DNA from: Bdellovibrionales bacterium
GTDB taxonomy: Bacteria; Bdellovibrionota; Bdellovibrionia; Bdellovibrionales; UBA1609
Length of the DNA stretch: 64,000 nt
Assembly (NCBI GenBank): GCA_020630675.1
Contig: JAHDIR010000010.1
Location: 4,790-68,789, forward strand
Direction of reading: 5' to 3'
Positions 18,601-28,500 of this stretch are shown here, one piece after another. Numbering within the stretch: position 1 is the stretch's first letter; the number at the start of each line of letters is the position of its first letter. The position numbers were made by a program, and so were the translations under genes. Under the pieces are notes generated by a model. It did not search any database, had not been told where the DNA came from, and saw only the letters and a list, made by a program, of their open reading frames with translations.

Positions 18601-20333
18601 TAAATATTTCAAACGAATTAAACTATCGTTTTGAAAATGCCAAAATTATTGGTGATGTTAACGGTGATGGTTACAGTGATGTTGTTTCTAAAATTGAAAT
18701 TGGTTCTAAGGTGTCTTCGATTATTTATTATGGGTCTTCAAACGGCCTCATAACATCAACTGAACCGTCAGAAAATGCCATTGGTTTAAACCCTCGTATT
18801 TTATTCAACAGCTTTGATAATCAAATGGGTAAACGCTTTTATAAAATTGGAAGCGTTAATTGTGATAGTTTTGATGACATTTTACTCATTGGCTCGAGAG
18901 GAAGCTATATTTACTATGGATCTTCAACGGGTATTATTGCTGGTGTTGAACCCAGCCCTAGCCCAGTGGGTAAAAACCCATTAAATTTTGCACGACAAGT
19001 TAGTAATTCTAGTTATGACTTTTTAGCTATTACTACAAGCTCATTTAATTTAAATAGTCCAGAGTCGTTATACGACACAAGTAATCAGGGTGTTGGTTAT
19101 GGAGATTTTAATGGTGACGAGTGTAACGATGTTGCCATTGGAATTACAAGCAATGCTGATTTTTCGGGTGTAGGAGTGGCCTCAGTGGGTGATTTAAATT
19201 TTGGGTCCGAACAGCCCAATTATAGCACAGCCAATCGAGGGCGAGTTGTAATCCTGTACGGAGGTGACAATGGTCTGCAAATTAATGACGCCGAAGGAGT
19301 TTTACATTTATCTAAAACGGGGAATGTCGTTGGTAATATTGTAGCTGGTCAACCTTGCGACATCGATAGTAACTGTAATGTGCAAATGATTGCCGGGCCA
19401 GGACTATCTATTGCTGGATATATTGAGGCCTCTGATGATTTTGGAGCCGATGTCGTGGGAATTACTTCTTTTGGCGAATCTAATGGCGAAATATTTGATG
19501 AATTGGCCATTTCTTCTCCCTCCGAAGACAATGACAATGGTGCCGTTTATGTGTTTCAAGGGTCATCTTTTGGTTTAAATGTGAGTTATCATCAACAGCT
19601 GTTACCAGATTTAGACAGTGGTGCCGGTGATACGACCAATTTTTCAGGAGAAAGGTTTGGGCAGCATCTTGCCTTTTTAGGGGATGTGAATGGTGATAAT
19701 AATCCAGACTTGGCCATTAGCTCACCAGGGGCTTTAAGTAATGTCAAAGGCCATGTTTACTTATTTTATAGTGGAAGCATTGGAGCCGACTTTGGTTTTG
19801 TTGGTGAAAGCTTATTAAAACAAGCCAACTTCTGGGACCCAGCGCAGTCACCGCTGGGGGTCAATCAACCTTTTGCCAGTAACAACCCTACTGACATTAA
19901 ACCACAAATTTTATCTCCCATAAATGTAGGAGCCACTGATAATTTTGCTCGCGGCTTAGCCAGTGCCGATGACTTTAATCGTGATGGTTTTAAAGACTTG
20001 TTGGTAAATATTGCAATGGGTGACTACTTACAAGAAGTGAATTTAGCCGATTCCGGCTTTACTATAATGTACTTTGGTTCAGAACTGGGGTTACAAATTT
20101 CTAATGAAGAAACACTGACGCCAAGGTGTATTTACGCTTCAGGGCCTATAGAGTGCGACCCTTTTCAAATTTATTTACCCAGCCGTTTAACACAAGAAAG
20201 AAGTTATTTAAGTAATAATGCTGTTGGAGATGTTGATGGGGACTCACTCATAGATATCATCATGGGCGCTCGTGGAAGAAATCACCCGACAGGGCAGGCC
20301 TCGGCCACGGGTGTTTTTTATATCATGTATTAG
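15648..20333 (+). CDS. Giant surface lipoprotein: two FN3-like domains followed by about 14 FG-GAP (integrin-alpha-type) repeats
   Basis: Signal plus Cys ('LLTLLNSSC'). FN3-like 'VLSPNSVKLVWNKDSKYLTYKIY...DSDYDFSVSG'. Many Ca-binding FG-GAP loops: 'GDFNCDGLEDVAVGAP', 'GDFNNDGFDDLALAS', 'GDVNGDGYSDVVS', 'GDFNGDECNDVAIG', 'GDVNGDNNPDLAISSP', 'DDFNRDGFKDLLV', 'GDVDGDSLIDIIMGA'. RBS TGGAGAAA. Confidence 0.85.
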   Translation: MSIKLLKFTLFSLLLTLLNSSCKQGVQGGKVDNSFQGVAEISVLSPNSVKLVWNKDSKYLTYKIYQKGLSTELGTSSFSEFVLNNLVSDSDYDFSVSGLAADDNGEEDFQQNFIRIKTFADFQGLQSSGVSVVSADRVNVRWAVNGYGVNYKVQFKRPFETIWADAKIVTSQTDSLEFEEAVTGLMGGTSYCFRVTAEYIDGTSQPSESNHPVNCVTTTTDLTNLPSVFVGSSTPGNFPWFNAIGGNPTYNIDIFDESMPTVPIASLNNGTGVFRSSFPIDSGTSDLYAIIRDTSNGVQARVDMSYYGGTELNTRAFTDTGQKGAVHPPLVNGGKGLQNLGSKIVSGDFNCDGLEDVAVGAPTASPVTSSSLVYATGAVVIYYGYDPPFDNETATNPPPYLNTSGTPSVGSVFPDPHLIHYPLGTNDQLGTKLVVGNFNGDCFYRDGSSPANGLCATLYETHKSSEENIDKIKSCDDLAIAGSAVSSTVFAVFGDPLQGLVSGAGGTNYGLDEYTCNAGSSSCRSVKLSANSDNGVSYLGKSMATGDFNNDGFDDLALASNYTDSGVSKNRIYVLRGTDQGLTPIGDSGNRSFASIDTNVGAVFSDSVQADDFGFAMAPFYNSRLCQAGASFEYRRLGPTENHGYDFSKCDDLVIGAPSRASGRGSIYSCKASLPAKNSVTDDEKITSWSCLEHYPKDINDEGDNAGYGYSLLGVRNQNGHPLKKENFRPELSEPLPNITGALFVGAPRRLMGGQDNAGSVYGYYVLPSGVDHATGGIQGIFGNASGEHVTSALNSLPCNARNTSCSHQQITSSPPQSGAQFGAALSSITSVDGSLGMPYLAVSSPYRNVSDSTGNQTITNSGVIYLYNPDISLFGPDDGVTVSRTQVGSFTTNCLVDCTWLSGGVSPFGPSVIYPQDLTANSYFGLGGAVGGNFDGDAQNFGDLLSSAPNYGDPVEDNGGLFGFHAEGGSFSSVENGTDISVTLNISNELNYRFENAKIIGDVNGDGYSDVVSKIEIGSKVSSIIYYGSSNGLITSTEPSENAIGLNPRILFNSFDNQMGKRFYKIGSVNCDSFDDILLIGSRGSYIYYGSSTGIIAGVEPSPSPVGKNPLNFARQVSNSSYDFLAITTSSFNLNSPESLYDTSNQGVGYGDFNGDECNDVAIGITSNADFSGVGVASVGDLNFGSEQPNYSTANRGRVVILYGGDNGLQINDAEGVLHLSKTGNVVGNIVAGQPCDIDSNCNVQMIAGPGLSIAGYIEASDDFGADVVGITSFGESNGEIFDELAISSPSEDNDNGAVYVFQGSSFGLNVSYHQQLLPDLDSGAGDTTNFSGERFGQHLAFLGDVNGDNNPDLAISSPGALSNVKGHVYLFYSGSIGADFGFVGESLLKQANFWDPAQSPLGVNQPFASNNPTDIKPQILSPINVGATDNFARGLASADDFNRDGFKDLLVNIAMGDYLQEVNLADSGFTIMYFGSELGLQISNEETLTPRCIYASGPIECDPFQIYLPSRLTQERSYLSNNAVGDVDGDSLIDIIMGARGRNHPTGQASATGVFYIMY

Positions 20334-20345
20334 GAATTAGAAAGG

Positions 20346-23300
20346 ATGAAGCCAATGAACGTTTTAAAACTCAATCGCTACATAATGACTTTGTTGTTAT
20401 TGCCTTTACTGATGTCTTGTAAAGAAGGGGTCGTTGGCGGTAGTATTGTTAAATCTTTTGAGGGCATATCTACTTATACTGTATTATCTCCTACGGCCAT
20501 TGAACTAAATTGGATACAACAAGATAAATATAGAGAGTATCAGGTGTTTGAATTGGGTCGTCCTGATTCGTTAGAAGACTCCAAATTTGATACCTTTACT
20601 GTAGAAAATTTAACACCAAATACAGAATATGTATTTAAGGTGGTTGCCATTGATAACAATGGCGAGTCTTTTGGTGGCGAGAACGAAATACGTTTAAGGA
20701 CAATGCCTCATTTTACAGGAATTACATCAGTAGAAAGAGATGTTGATGGTAATGTTGTTTTGAACTGGGATTTTCCATTTGATATTTATCGTTACCATAT
20801 TTTTGTGAACGAAGGTAGTAAGCCAACTGCGGCAACAACAAGCAATTGGGAGAGTTCTGCTGCGTTAGCCACCAGCGATAAGTCGAGTTACACATTTACC
20901 AATTTATCTGGTTCAACAAGCTATTACTTTCAAGTTCATGTTGAGTATCGTAAAGGTGAGTTTGGTCGACCAGACCAAGATATCAGTGAAGCCACGGCCG
21001 CTTCTTTTCCAGACCCATTATTTAGCTTGCCGGAAGTAACGATAGGCTCTGTTCCTTTTGCAACAATCACTCCCATTGTGAACGGCAGTTTTTTAGATAG
21101 TAATTATACTTCACAATTTTTTCACGGAATAGAAGCTTTGTCAGATCCCTTAGTAGGGGTTGGCGTGGTTAGCTTTTTAGGATCTTCTGGGCTTAGTTTA
21201 GGGAAAATTGATAATATAACCTTAAAAGTTAATTATGATGATGGTGTTTTAAACGAGACCTTTACGCAAAATAATTTAAGCACTTATATTAAAGGAATGG
21301 ACCCTCATTTGGATTTGCCACAATCTTTAAATGGTGTTTCTTTGGGGCGTGCAGCGCTAGGGCAATCTATGGCCTCTGGAGATTTTAACTGTGATGGTTT
21401 TGATGATTTGGCTATTGGTATGCCAGAAGCTTCTATCGGAAGTTTGGGAGTTTCTTCTGTTAGAGCTGGCGCTATTTATGTTTACTACTCCGTCGAAGAA
21501 AGTGGTGTTTATAAATTGTATCAAGGGGTTGAGCCTAAAGTAGCTCCTGTTCGCCCAGGAAAAGACCCACAAATTATTACTTTTAGTGATAGTAATTATG
21601 CTGATCGTTTTGGTTTTTCAATGAGCAGCGGTGGAAACTTAAATGGGGACAAAGAAGGAAATAACGAATGCGAAGACCTTGTCGTTGGTGCTCCTTTTGC
21701 ACGCACCGGTCCCAGCTTGCAAAGTGTCACTGGTGCTGCTTATGTTTTTTTTGGCAACAGAAATGGCCTTTCAGCCTCTCAAACTATTTCAAATATTCAA
21801 GAAAATATCGGAACTTGTAATGGTGCTTCTGTCAGTAGTTCTTGCAGTGCCGTTAAAATTTGGCCAGATTACCGTAAATATCCAACGTCTGTTTTTCCAT
21901 CTGGTTATGAATCAACCTTTGGTGTTGGCCCTGGTGTGACAGGCTGGGAGCATTCTCAAATTCATTTTGGTCACGCCGTTAACTTTATTGGCGACTTCAA
22001 TGCCGATGGTTATGATGACATTGCTGTTGGTGCTCCACTTGCTGACTGGGATGGTGAGGTGAATTTAGGTGCCCCAGGTGAAAATAGATACTTACAAAAT
22101 GTTGGGGCTGTGTTTATATTTTTTGGGTCTCCTAATGGTGTGGGCTTTGATAAGCTTTTTACCGGAGACACTGCTGCTGACTTTCCTTTTGCTAAAATTT
22201 ACCCACCCATACCTCATGCTGGCATGGCTTTTGGCAGTTCTATCTCCAATGGGGCTGATGTCAATGGTCACCATCGGGTGAAGGGAAAGCCTGGTGATAG
22301 CAACTACTATGGAGGGTCCGATTTTGTTGTAGGAGCTCCCAATTTTTATTACCCCAACCCAGAGTTAGGGCATGCGACCAGTTTGCCTTCTAATTTTGGA
22401 TCTGTACCTCCAGAGGCAGCCGATGGTTGGACCACAACCTACACAACTGTAGGTGCTGGCTACTATGGATTTTCACAAAATGATCCCGACCAACCCACAG
22501 GAGCGGCCTTTTTATTTTTTGGCCGCGATAGTGACAATCATGGCAAGCTTAACTCACAAGATACATCCGATGACACAGATTTAAAGCGAGCTAGTTTTTG
22601 GGACTGTGATAGTCGTTTAGATAACGGTTTGATCTCAGAACACTTTTCATGTCTAGCTGACCAAAAGCATTACCGAATTTTATTTCCTAGAAATAACAAT
22701 AGCCAAAAATTTGGATCGGCCGTAGCTTTACTGGGAAACGAAAGTTTTTACGATGCATCTGGCACCACAGAAACTGAAAACATTGATGCCAATGGTGATG
22801 GCTACGCAGATATAATTGTTGCTGCCAGTCAAGGTGAACCCGAAGGTTCATCTCTTTCCAGTAGTGGTGTTTTGTGGCAGTTTTATGGAAATGATCAAGC
22901 CGCCTTTGGACATAACTTTTTAAGTCAAGGTTTAACCGGTGGCGCCAGTGGCCAGTACTTGATTGGTAGTTCCACATGTGATGAGTTTAGAGATGCTTCA
23001 AGTAATGCTTTAAACCAAGCCAATTGCCGTCCGACACTTTTACAGTCGAACTCTTTTGGAAATGGGTCTCAATTGGGTTTGACCAGTGAGAGTATAACTG
23101 TTGGTCAAATTACAAGTGATGGCTTATTAGACGTGATTGTTGGTGCCCCATATGATGACAGTAATGGGAACAATGCCGGAGTGGTTCTTGTTTTTAGTAG
23201 TGATATCAATCGCGGTATATCATCTTCTTTTCAAAAAATATTTAGCACTGACGCTGGAGACAACACTCAAATGGGTTATTCTGTGGCTGTCGGAAACTTT

Positions 23301-25526
23301 GATGGAGACACTTACGCCAACCCTAGTGACCCTGCCAACCCATTTAGCTATTACGACATTGCAGCCGGAGGCCCTGGTGACGATAGTTTTCGTGCCGGGA
23401 GTGGTTCTGCCCATTTATTTTTAACGGGTGGTTTTCATATTCCGGCCTTTAAAAGTAATAGTAATGAACAAATTTATGATAATTTAGCTTCGCCTCAGCT
23501 TTTAAACTATCAAAACACTTATATAGTTGGAGATGTGAATGGAGATAAGTTTGACGATGCCGTAAGTCACTCAGTGAGATACAATGCTTCTGGTTATCAA
23601 CTATATGATGCCGTCGTTTATTTTGGTTCAGAAACAGGTGGTCTTGTCACCACTACACAATGTTTAGCTGAGCCTAGCAAATACTTAACAAATGCTGGAA
23701 ACACCACGGGCTGTTACCCCAGCGCAAGTCATGACCCAGGAACCGCTCTTCCTGGTGTGACTCTTCCTCAGTTAATCACCAAGTATGAGTCACAATCAGA
23801 TTTATGGGCTAAGTTTGCACGCCCTGCTGGTGATGTGAACAATGATGGTTTTGATGATGTTATTTTTTATGACAACGACACAGGAGGAAAGGTTCTGTTG
23901 TATTTTGGTTCAACCTCAGGACTTCTTAGTAGCACCCCACAATGGCTGCCGGTGGCCGGAAACCCTCAAATTGTAACGGCAAATTTTTTACCTCAGTCTT
24001 CCAGCATTGGTTCACAAGCCACTTATGGTCATCACTTAACTCGTGTTGATTGGGTTCAGCATGGTGATTTTAATAAAGATGGTTTCAGTGATATTGTTTT
24101 GTTGAACTCTAATGCCAATAGCCCCTCGATGGACCCAACTGGCTCGGGTTGGGACTGCGGTAGTGTCGCTGAGGTCAACGCCCTCGATACAGAAACGCGA
24201 CAACAATGTGAAGATGGTGTTCCCGCTGATCATCATGGTCGCGCATTAGTGATTTATGGCTCGCTTCAGGGGTTGCAAACTCCATCTTTAGACACCACAA
24301 ATTTTTCTGTGGGGCAAGACTTTGACTTTTCAAATACTGTCGCCGGTACTTATATTGATATTTATGGTACAGAAAGTGGTGTTAAGCCTTGTGACAGTGG
24401 TCGTTGTAAAGCCACTTTGATTCAAAACCCAGTTTTTGAAAATGTAAAATTTGGTTTTGAACTTCTTGGGCATCGCTTTGGAGCCTCTTCTGCTGTTTTA
24501 GATACAGACAACAACACCTTTGATGATTTATTTATTGGAGCCCCTAACTTTGAAGACATCAGTTGCTATAGTATCCCTGAAGCATCAAACCCCAATCTTA
24601 ATTATGGGCGCGTGTATATTTTTCGAGGTTCGGCCGAGGGTTTGGTGGCTGCGGCAAAAACAGACTATTATAACCCAAGCTCTTTAGCCGGTTGCCCGGC
24701 CTCAACAGGTATTGACGATGCTTTACATAGAGCAACCGATGTCAGAGCCTTACAACCACCACAAGTCTTTAATGCCGGTATAACAAGTGTTGATGAGTTT
24801 CAAAGCCGACAGTTTGGTTACTCCATGTCTGTGGCTGGTGACACCAATGGTGATGGCGTTGAAGACTTAATTGTTGGCGCTTATAGCGAAGATAACTTTA
24901 CAGAAGTGAACTCAGGAAGTGCCTATATGTTTTACGGGCCCATCTGTAATACCGACAATAACGATGACTATGGCAGAAGTTATGCGCAATTGGCTGCCAA
25001 TGTTAATCGTCAGCCTTTACCCACAGACCCGTCTTTTCCAGGAACAGTTATTTTTGCCGGAGACTGCCCGAGCAGTGCTGGTAAACTTCCGTGGCAAAAA
25101 TTTCATGTGCGTGGTTCGGGAGCCAATAGTTATTTTGGTTTAAGTTTAGAGGGCGCTCGTAAAGACTCTGGAGATTTCAATGGGGATGGTTTTGACGATA
25201 TAATTATTGGAAGTCCATATTGGGATGATAGTTTTAACAATATAGATAATGTTGGTCGTGGGATTATTTATTTTGGAAGTAGTACCGGGCTTTATACCGA
25301 AGACTTTCCAAGTACGAATGTCATTGCCAACGAGCAAGGTCAATTACGCCCTTACTCTATGCAACCCAATATTAATCAAACCAACAGTTACTTTTTTAGT
25401 AACAGTATTTCTTTTGGAGACTTTAATGATGATAACACTGCCGATATTATCGTGCCAAGTATTTGGTATGATGGTGATGGTGTGAATAAAGGGGTAGATT
25501 TAGGAGCCTTTTTACTATTTTACTAA
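20346..25526 (+). CDS. Giant surface lipoprotein, paralogue of 15648-20333 (FN3-like domains plus FG-GAP repeats)
   Basis: Lipobox 'LLMSC'. The N-terminus is co-linear with the upstream protein ('SCKEGVVGGSIVKSFEGISTYTVLSPTAIELNW' versus 'SCKQGVQGGKVDNSFQGVAEISVLSPNSVKLVW'). FG-GAP loops: 'GDFNCDGFDDLAIGMP', 'GDFNADGYDDIAVGAP', 'IDANGDGYADIIVAAS', 'GDVNGDKFDDAVS', 'GDVNNDGFDDVIF', 'GDFNKDGFSDIVLL', 'GDTNGDGVEDLIVGA', 'GDFNGDGFDDIIIGSP', 'GDFNDDNTADIIVPS'. Confidence 0.85.
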   Translation: MKPMNVLKLNRYIMTLLLLPLLMSCKEGVVGGSIVKSFEGISTYTVLSPTAIELNWIQQDKYREYQVFELGRPDSLEDSKFDTFTVENLTPNTEYVFKVVAIDNNGESFGGENEIRLRTMPHFTGITSVERDVDGNVVLNWDFPFDIYRYHIFVNEGSKPTAATTSNWESSAALATSDKSSYTFTNLSGSTSYYFQVHVEYRKGEFGRPDQDISEATAASFPDPLFSLPEVTIGSVPFATITPIVNGSFLDSNYTSQFFHGIEALSDPLVGVGVVSFLGSSGLSLGKIDNITLKVNYDDGVLNETFTQNNLSTYIKGMDPHLDLPQSLNGVSLGRAALGQSMASGDFNCDGFDDLAIGMPEASIGSLGVSSVRAGAIYVYYSVEESGVYKLYQGVEPKVAPVRPGKDPQIITFSDSNYADRFGFSMSSGGNLNGDKEGNNECEDLVVGAPFARTGPSLQSVTGAAYVFFGNRNGLSASQTISNIQENIGTCNGASVSSSCSAVKIWPDYRKYPTSVFPSGYESTFGVGPGVTGWEHSQIHFGHAVNFIGDFNADGYDDIAVGAPLADWDGEVNLGAPGENRYLQNVGAVFIFFGSPNGVGFDKLFTGDTAADFPFAKIYPPIPHAGMAFGSSISNGADVNGHHRVKGKPGDSNYYGGSDFVVGAPNFYYPNPELGHATSLPSNFGSVPPEAADGWTTTYTTVGAGYYGFSQNDPDQPTGAAFLFFGRDSDNHGKLNSQDTSDDTDLKRASFWDCDSRLDNGLISEHFSCLADQKHYRILFPRNNNSQKFGSAVALLGNESFYDASGTTETENIDANGDGYADIIVAASQGEPEGSSLSSSGVLWQFYGNDQAAFGHNFLSQGLTGGASGQYLIGSSTCDEFRDASSNALNQANCRPTLLQSNSFGNGSQLGLTSESITVGQITSDGLLDVIVGAPYDDSNGNNAGVVLVFSSDINRGISSSFQKIFSTDAGDNTQMGYSVAVGNFDGDTYANPSDPANPFSYYDIAAGGPGDDSFRAGSGSAHLFLTGGFHIPAFKSNSNEQIYDNLASPQLLNYQNTYIVGDVNGDKFDDAVSHSVRYNASGYQLYDAVVYFGSETGGLVTTTQCLAEPSKYLTNAGNTTGCYPSASHDPGTALPGVTLPQLITKYESQSDLWAKFARPAGDVNNDGFDDVIFYDNDTGGKVLLYFGSTSGLLSSTPQWLPVAGNPQIVTANFLPQSSSIGSQATYGHHLTRVDWVQHGDFNKDGFSDIVLLNSNANSPSMDPTGSGWDCGSVAEVNALDTETRQQCEDGVPADHHGRALVIYGSLQGLQTPSLDTTNFSVGQDFDFSNTVAGTYIDIYGTESGVKPCDSGRCKATLIQNPVFENVKFGFELLGHRFGASSAVLDTDNNTFDDLFIGAPNFEDISCYSIPEASNPNLNYGRVYIFRGSAEGLVAAAKTDYYNPSSLAGCPASTGIDDALHRATDVRALQPPQVFNAGITSVDEFQSRQFGYSMSVAGDTNGDGVEDLIVGAYSEDNFTEVNSGSAYMFYGPICNTDNNDDYGRSYAQLAANVNRQPLPTDPSFPGTVIFAGDCPSSAGKLPWQKFHVRGSGANSYFGLSLEGARKDSGDFNGDGFDDIIIGSPYWDDSFNNIDNVGRGIIYFGSSTGLYTEDFPSTNVIANEQGQLRPYSMQPNINQTNSYFFSNSISFGDFNDDNTADIIVPSIWYDGDGVNKGVDLGAFLLFY

Positions 25527-25543
25527 CGAGTATTTTTAGGAGT

Positions 25544-28500
25544 TTGGTGCCAATTTTAAAGGTCATTATTTTTACTGGTTTTTTCTTTTTGATGGGGTGT
25601 TTAACCCAAGAAGCGGAAAACTTTAATATTGTTATTCCTCCGGGAGATCAAGTGAGCTTCACTTCTGAAGATTTCCTTGAATTTTCTGAAGATGAGTACT
25701 TAGTTTTGTTTCGTGGGGTTGGTGAAGAAAACCATGACCTTTATGATATTCTGGACATTACTCCCTTAGAAGAAAAACGGGTAGATCCATTAGAAATTCA
25801 TCGTCAAATTATTCCGAAAGGTACCGAACTCAATGGCACTTTTGTGGTTGAAGTCGTTATGGATTTTCATAAAACTCATTTTGTTTCTTTTGTGTTTGGC
25901 AATGAATATGTAGCTAAACCTAATATGTATACAACTCTAACTTATAAATTGCTTGCTAACTACCCCAACAAAAAAGTCAATACTTTCTCTCAGCAAGAGA
26001 TTGAGTCCATCACAGCGTTTATAGAAACTTTTGCTCAGCAAAGAATGAGCCTGTTTAACTTAACCACAGAATCTGTTAAGTTAGATTTGTTATTTAAGTT
26101 TGTACAAAACGGTTTAAGTTCAGATGTTGAATTTTTAGACTTTGTTGCAAATTTAGGAATTGAATTTAACTATAATAGCGAAGGAGATATCACTTCAGCA
26201 CCGCACCCATTTGGTGTGGTTAACAGCCCTCCAGTTCTTGACCCTAACTTTTCAACGCCTCAAGGGGTGATTGCCGGGCAAGAGGCCGCAGATATAACTG
26301 TGTCTAGCCCAGCCTTTGACCCTGATGGTGATTTGATTTTTTATATTTGGAATTTTGAAGGTGAGTTTCATTCGGCCGACAGTTCCAGCTTTTTTTGGGT
26401 GCCCACCTATCAAGATTCACGTCCTGAAAATTATCAATTAAATTCTTTAATTTCTGATGGCGGAAAAATTTTAAACTCTCAGTGGGACATTAAAGTTTTA
26501 GATTCCAATCTGTTTCCTGAGCTCATTGTGAATTGCCCGCAAACCGTCACTGAAAACCAAGAGTTTCGTTGCACCCTCGAGGCCTATGATATTAACGAAG
26601 ACCCCATCACTTGGTCTTTGGCCAACAGTGGTTTTGATGGGCCAGTGAGCTTAGGGGGGCAGCCCCCAGGAACTCCCGCCATGGGAACCACAGCCGATTT
26701 AGTATTTACTCCCAATAACGCCGATGCCAAACGTGGCAGTGCTACTTTTGAAGTTCGAATTAATGATGGCAAAGGCGGCACGGACTTTCGTTTAATCACC
26801 CTGAGTGTTATTGATGTCAACTCACCTCCGCAAATGATAGGCGGAATTGTGGCAACAAATATGTTAAATAACCCCGCTCGTGAGTGGGACTACTGTTTAG
26901 ATCGAGATGTTTATCTTGGCAATGATGACTCTATTGATAAAGGACCTTTTAGTTTTTCGGTCGTTATACAAGACCCCGACAATGTCAATGGAGCTTTTCC
27001 TGAAGATGTCATTAGCCTTAGAATATCTGGTTTAGGAACTGAAAATATTTTACCTCGTGAAATTGATCCTATTGTTTTTGATACAATTAATAATCAAGTG
27101 ATTTATCATTATGAATGGAAGCCCAACCATGATTCTAAGGTGGCCAATATCAACTTTTTAATCAGTGACGATCATGGTGGTTTTGGAGATACCGTTCAAA
27201 TTCAGCAGGTGGCTCAAGACGTGAACCAACGCCCTTGTATTGAGTCTACGGGTAATTTTTTTGGCTATTTATATAAGTACCAACATTTTGTATCTAATCA
27301 AAATCAAAGGGCATACGACAACGACGGTGATATACCGATTATGGTGGCCACTAATTTTTCAAGAGGAACTGTTGGAAACTTTTCTTTAGATCAAATTCCT
27401 TTTTATGAATATGACGAAAAGCCTTTGGTGGTGCGACAAAAGGTTGATGAGAGCGATTATAGCTTTAAAACTCAAGATTTCAGCTTAAGCCAAAATTATC
27501 GCGTTTATGCCGAAAGCCTCCATGCAGGGGTTTTAACCTTTGAAAGGCCTACGGCGGCGGGCAGTGATATTTCTGTGCCCGAAGGCTATACTGTTAACTT
27601 AATTGAAGCCAGTACTGGGCATTTTATTGAATATGAAACAGCTGTGGATTTTACCATTGAAGCCGACGACGTAAAAGTGGCTGTTCCCATACGAGCTATT
27701 AACCGTGAGGTCACGGCCAACTTATTGTCTGTCATTGACACCAGTGAAGTGGGGCCATTAACAGACCCAACCCTGGTGTTATCTCACTCCGGGTTTGATA
27801 CCAAACTTTCAAATATTACCATAAGTCGTGGCCCTGGGTCTCCAAACAATAATGTTTGGATTGATGAAAATTTAATTTTTAGGAATGCCCCTGGGCAAAA
27901 ATCAATGGCTTTTAAACCCGCCGGAAATTTCTTTTTAGGAGCTGGAGAAAACAGTGTTACTATTCCGATCATTCGTGACAGGCAAAGTTTTCCGGCCTCT
28001 AGTGCTATTAATTATGTTAGCCTCGCTCCTGATATCACAGTGAGCCTTGGCGGAACTGTCCATGATCATAACGGCTACTGGATAAGGCCAGTGCGTAATT
28101 TTACTTATTTTTATCATGACATTGTCGCCTATGATGGGGCTTTAACTGAGGCCAATGAAATTAATGTCATCACTACAGGCTCGTTTCCGAGTCACTTACA
28201 GGTAAATAATTTAGCACAATTTGAGCAAGAAGGTGATGTGGTCTTTAGTCGTCCGACCACAGACTCTTTGACAACATTAACCATTCCAGCCAATACCGAA
28301 GTGAGAACCTTAAACGATAAAAAGTACAGAACACAACAAAGCTTAACTCTTTTGCCAGGGGAGTCTTCAGGGGTTGTGCGTGTTAAAAGAACTCCTGATA
28401 TTTCTCCTCCACGCACCAACGGAGAAGCTCGGTATGTTCGAATCATGCACCGAGATTGGAACTATAAGCCCATTCAAGGCTCGGGCAGTTTGAGTTTTTC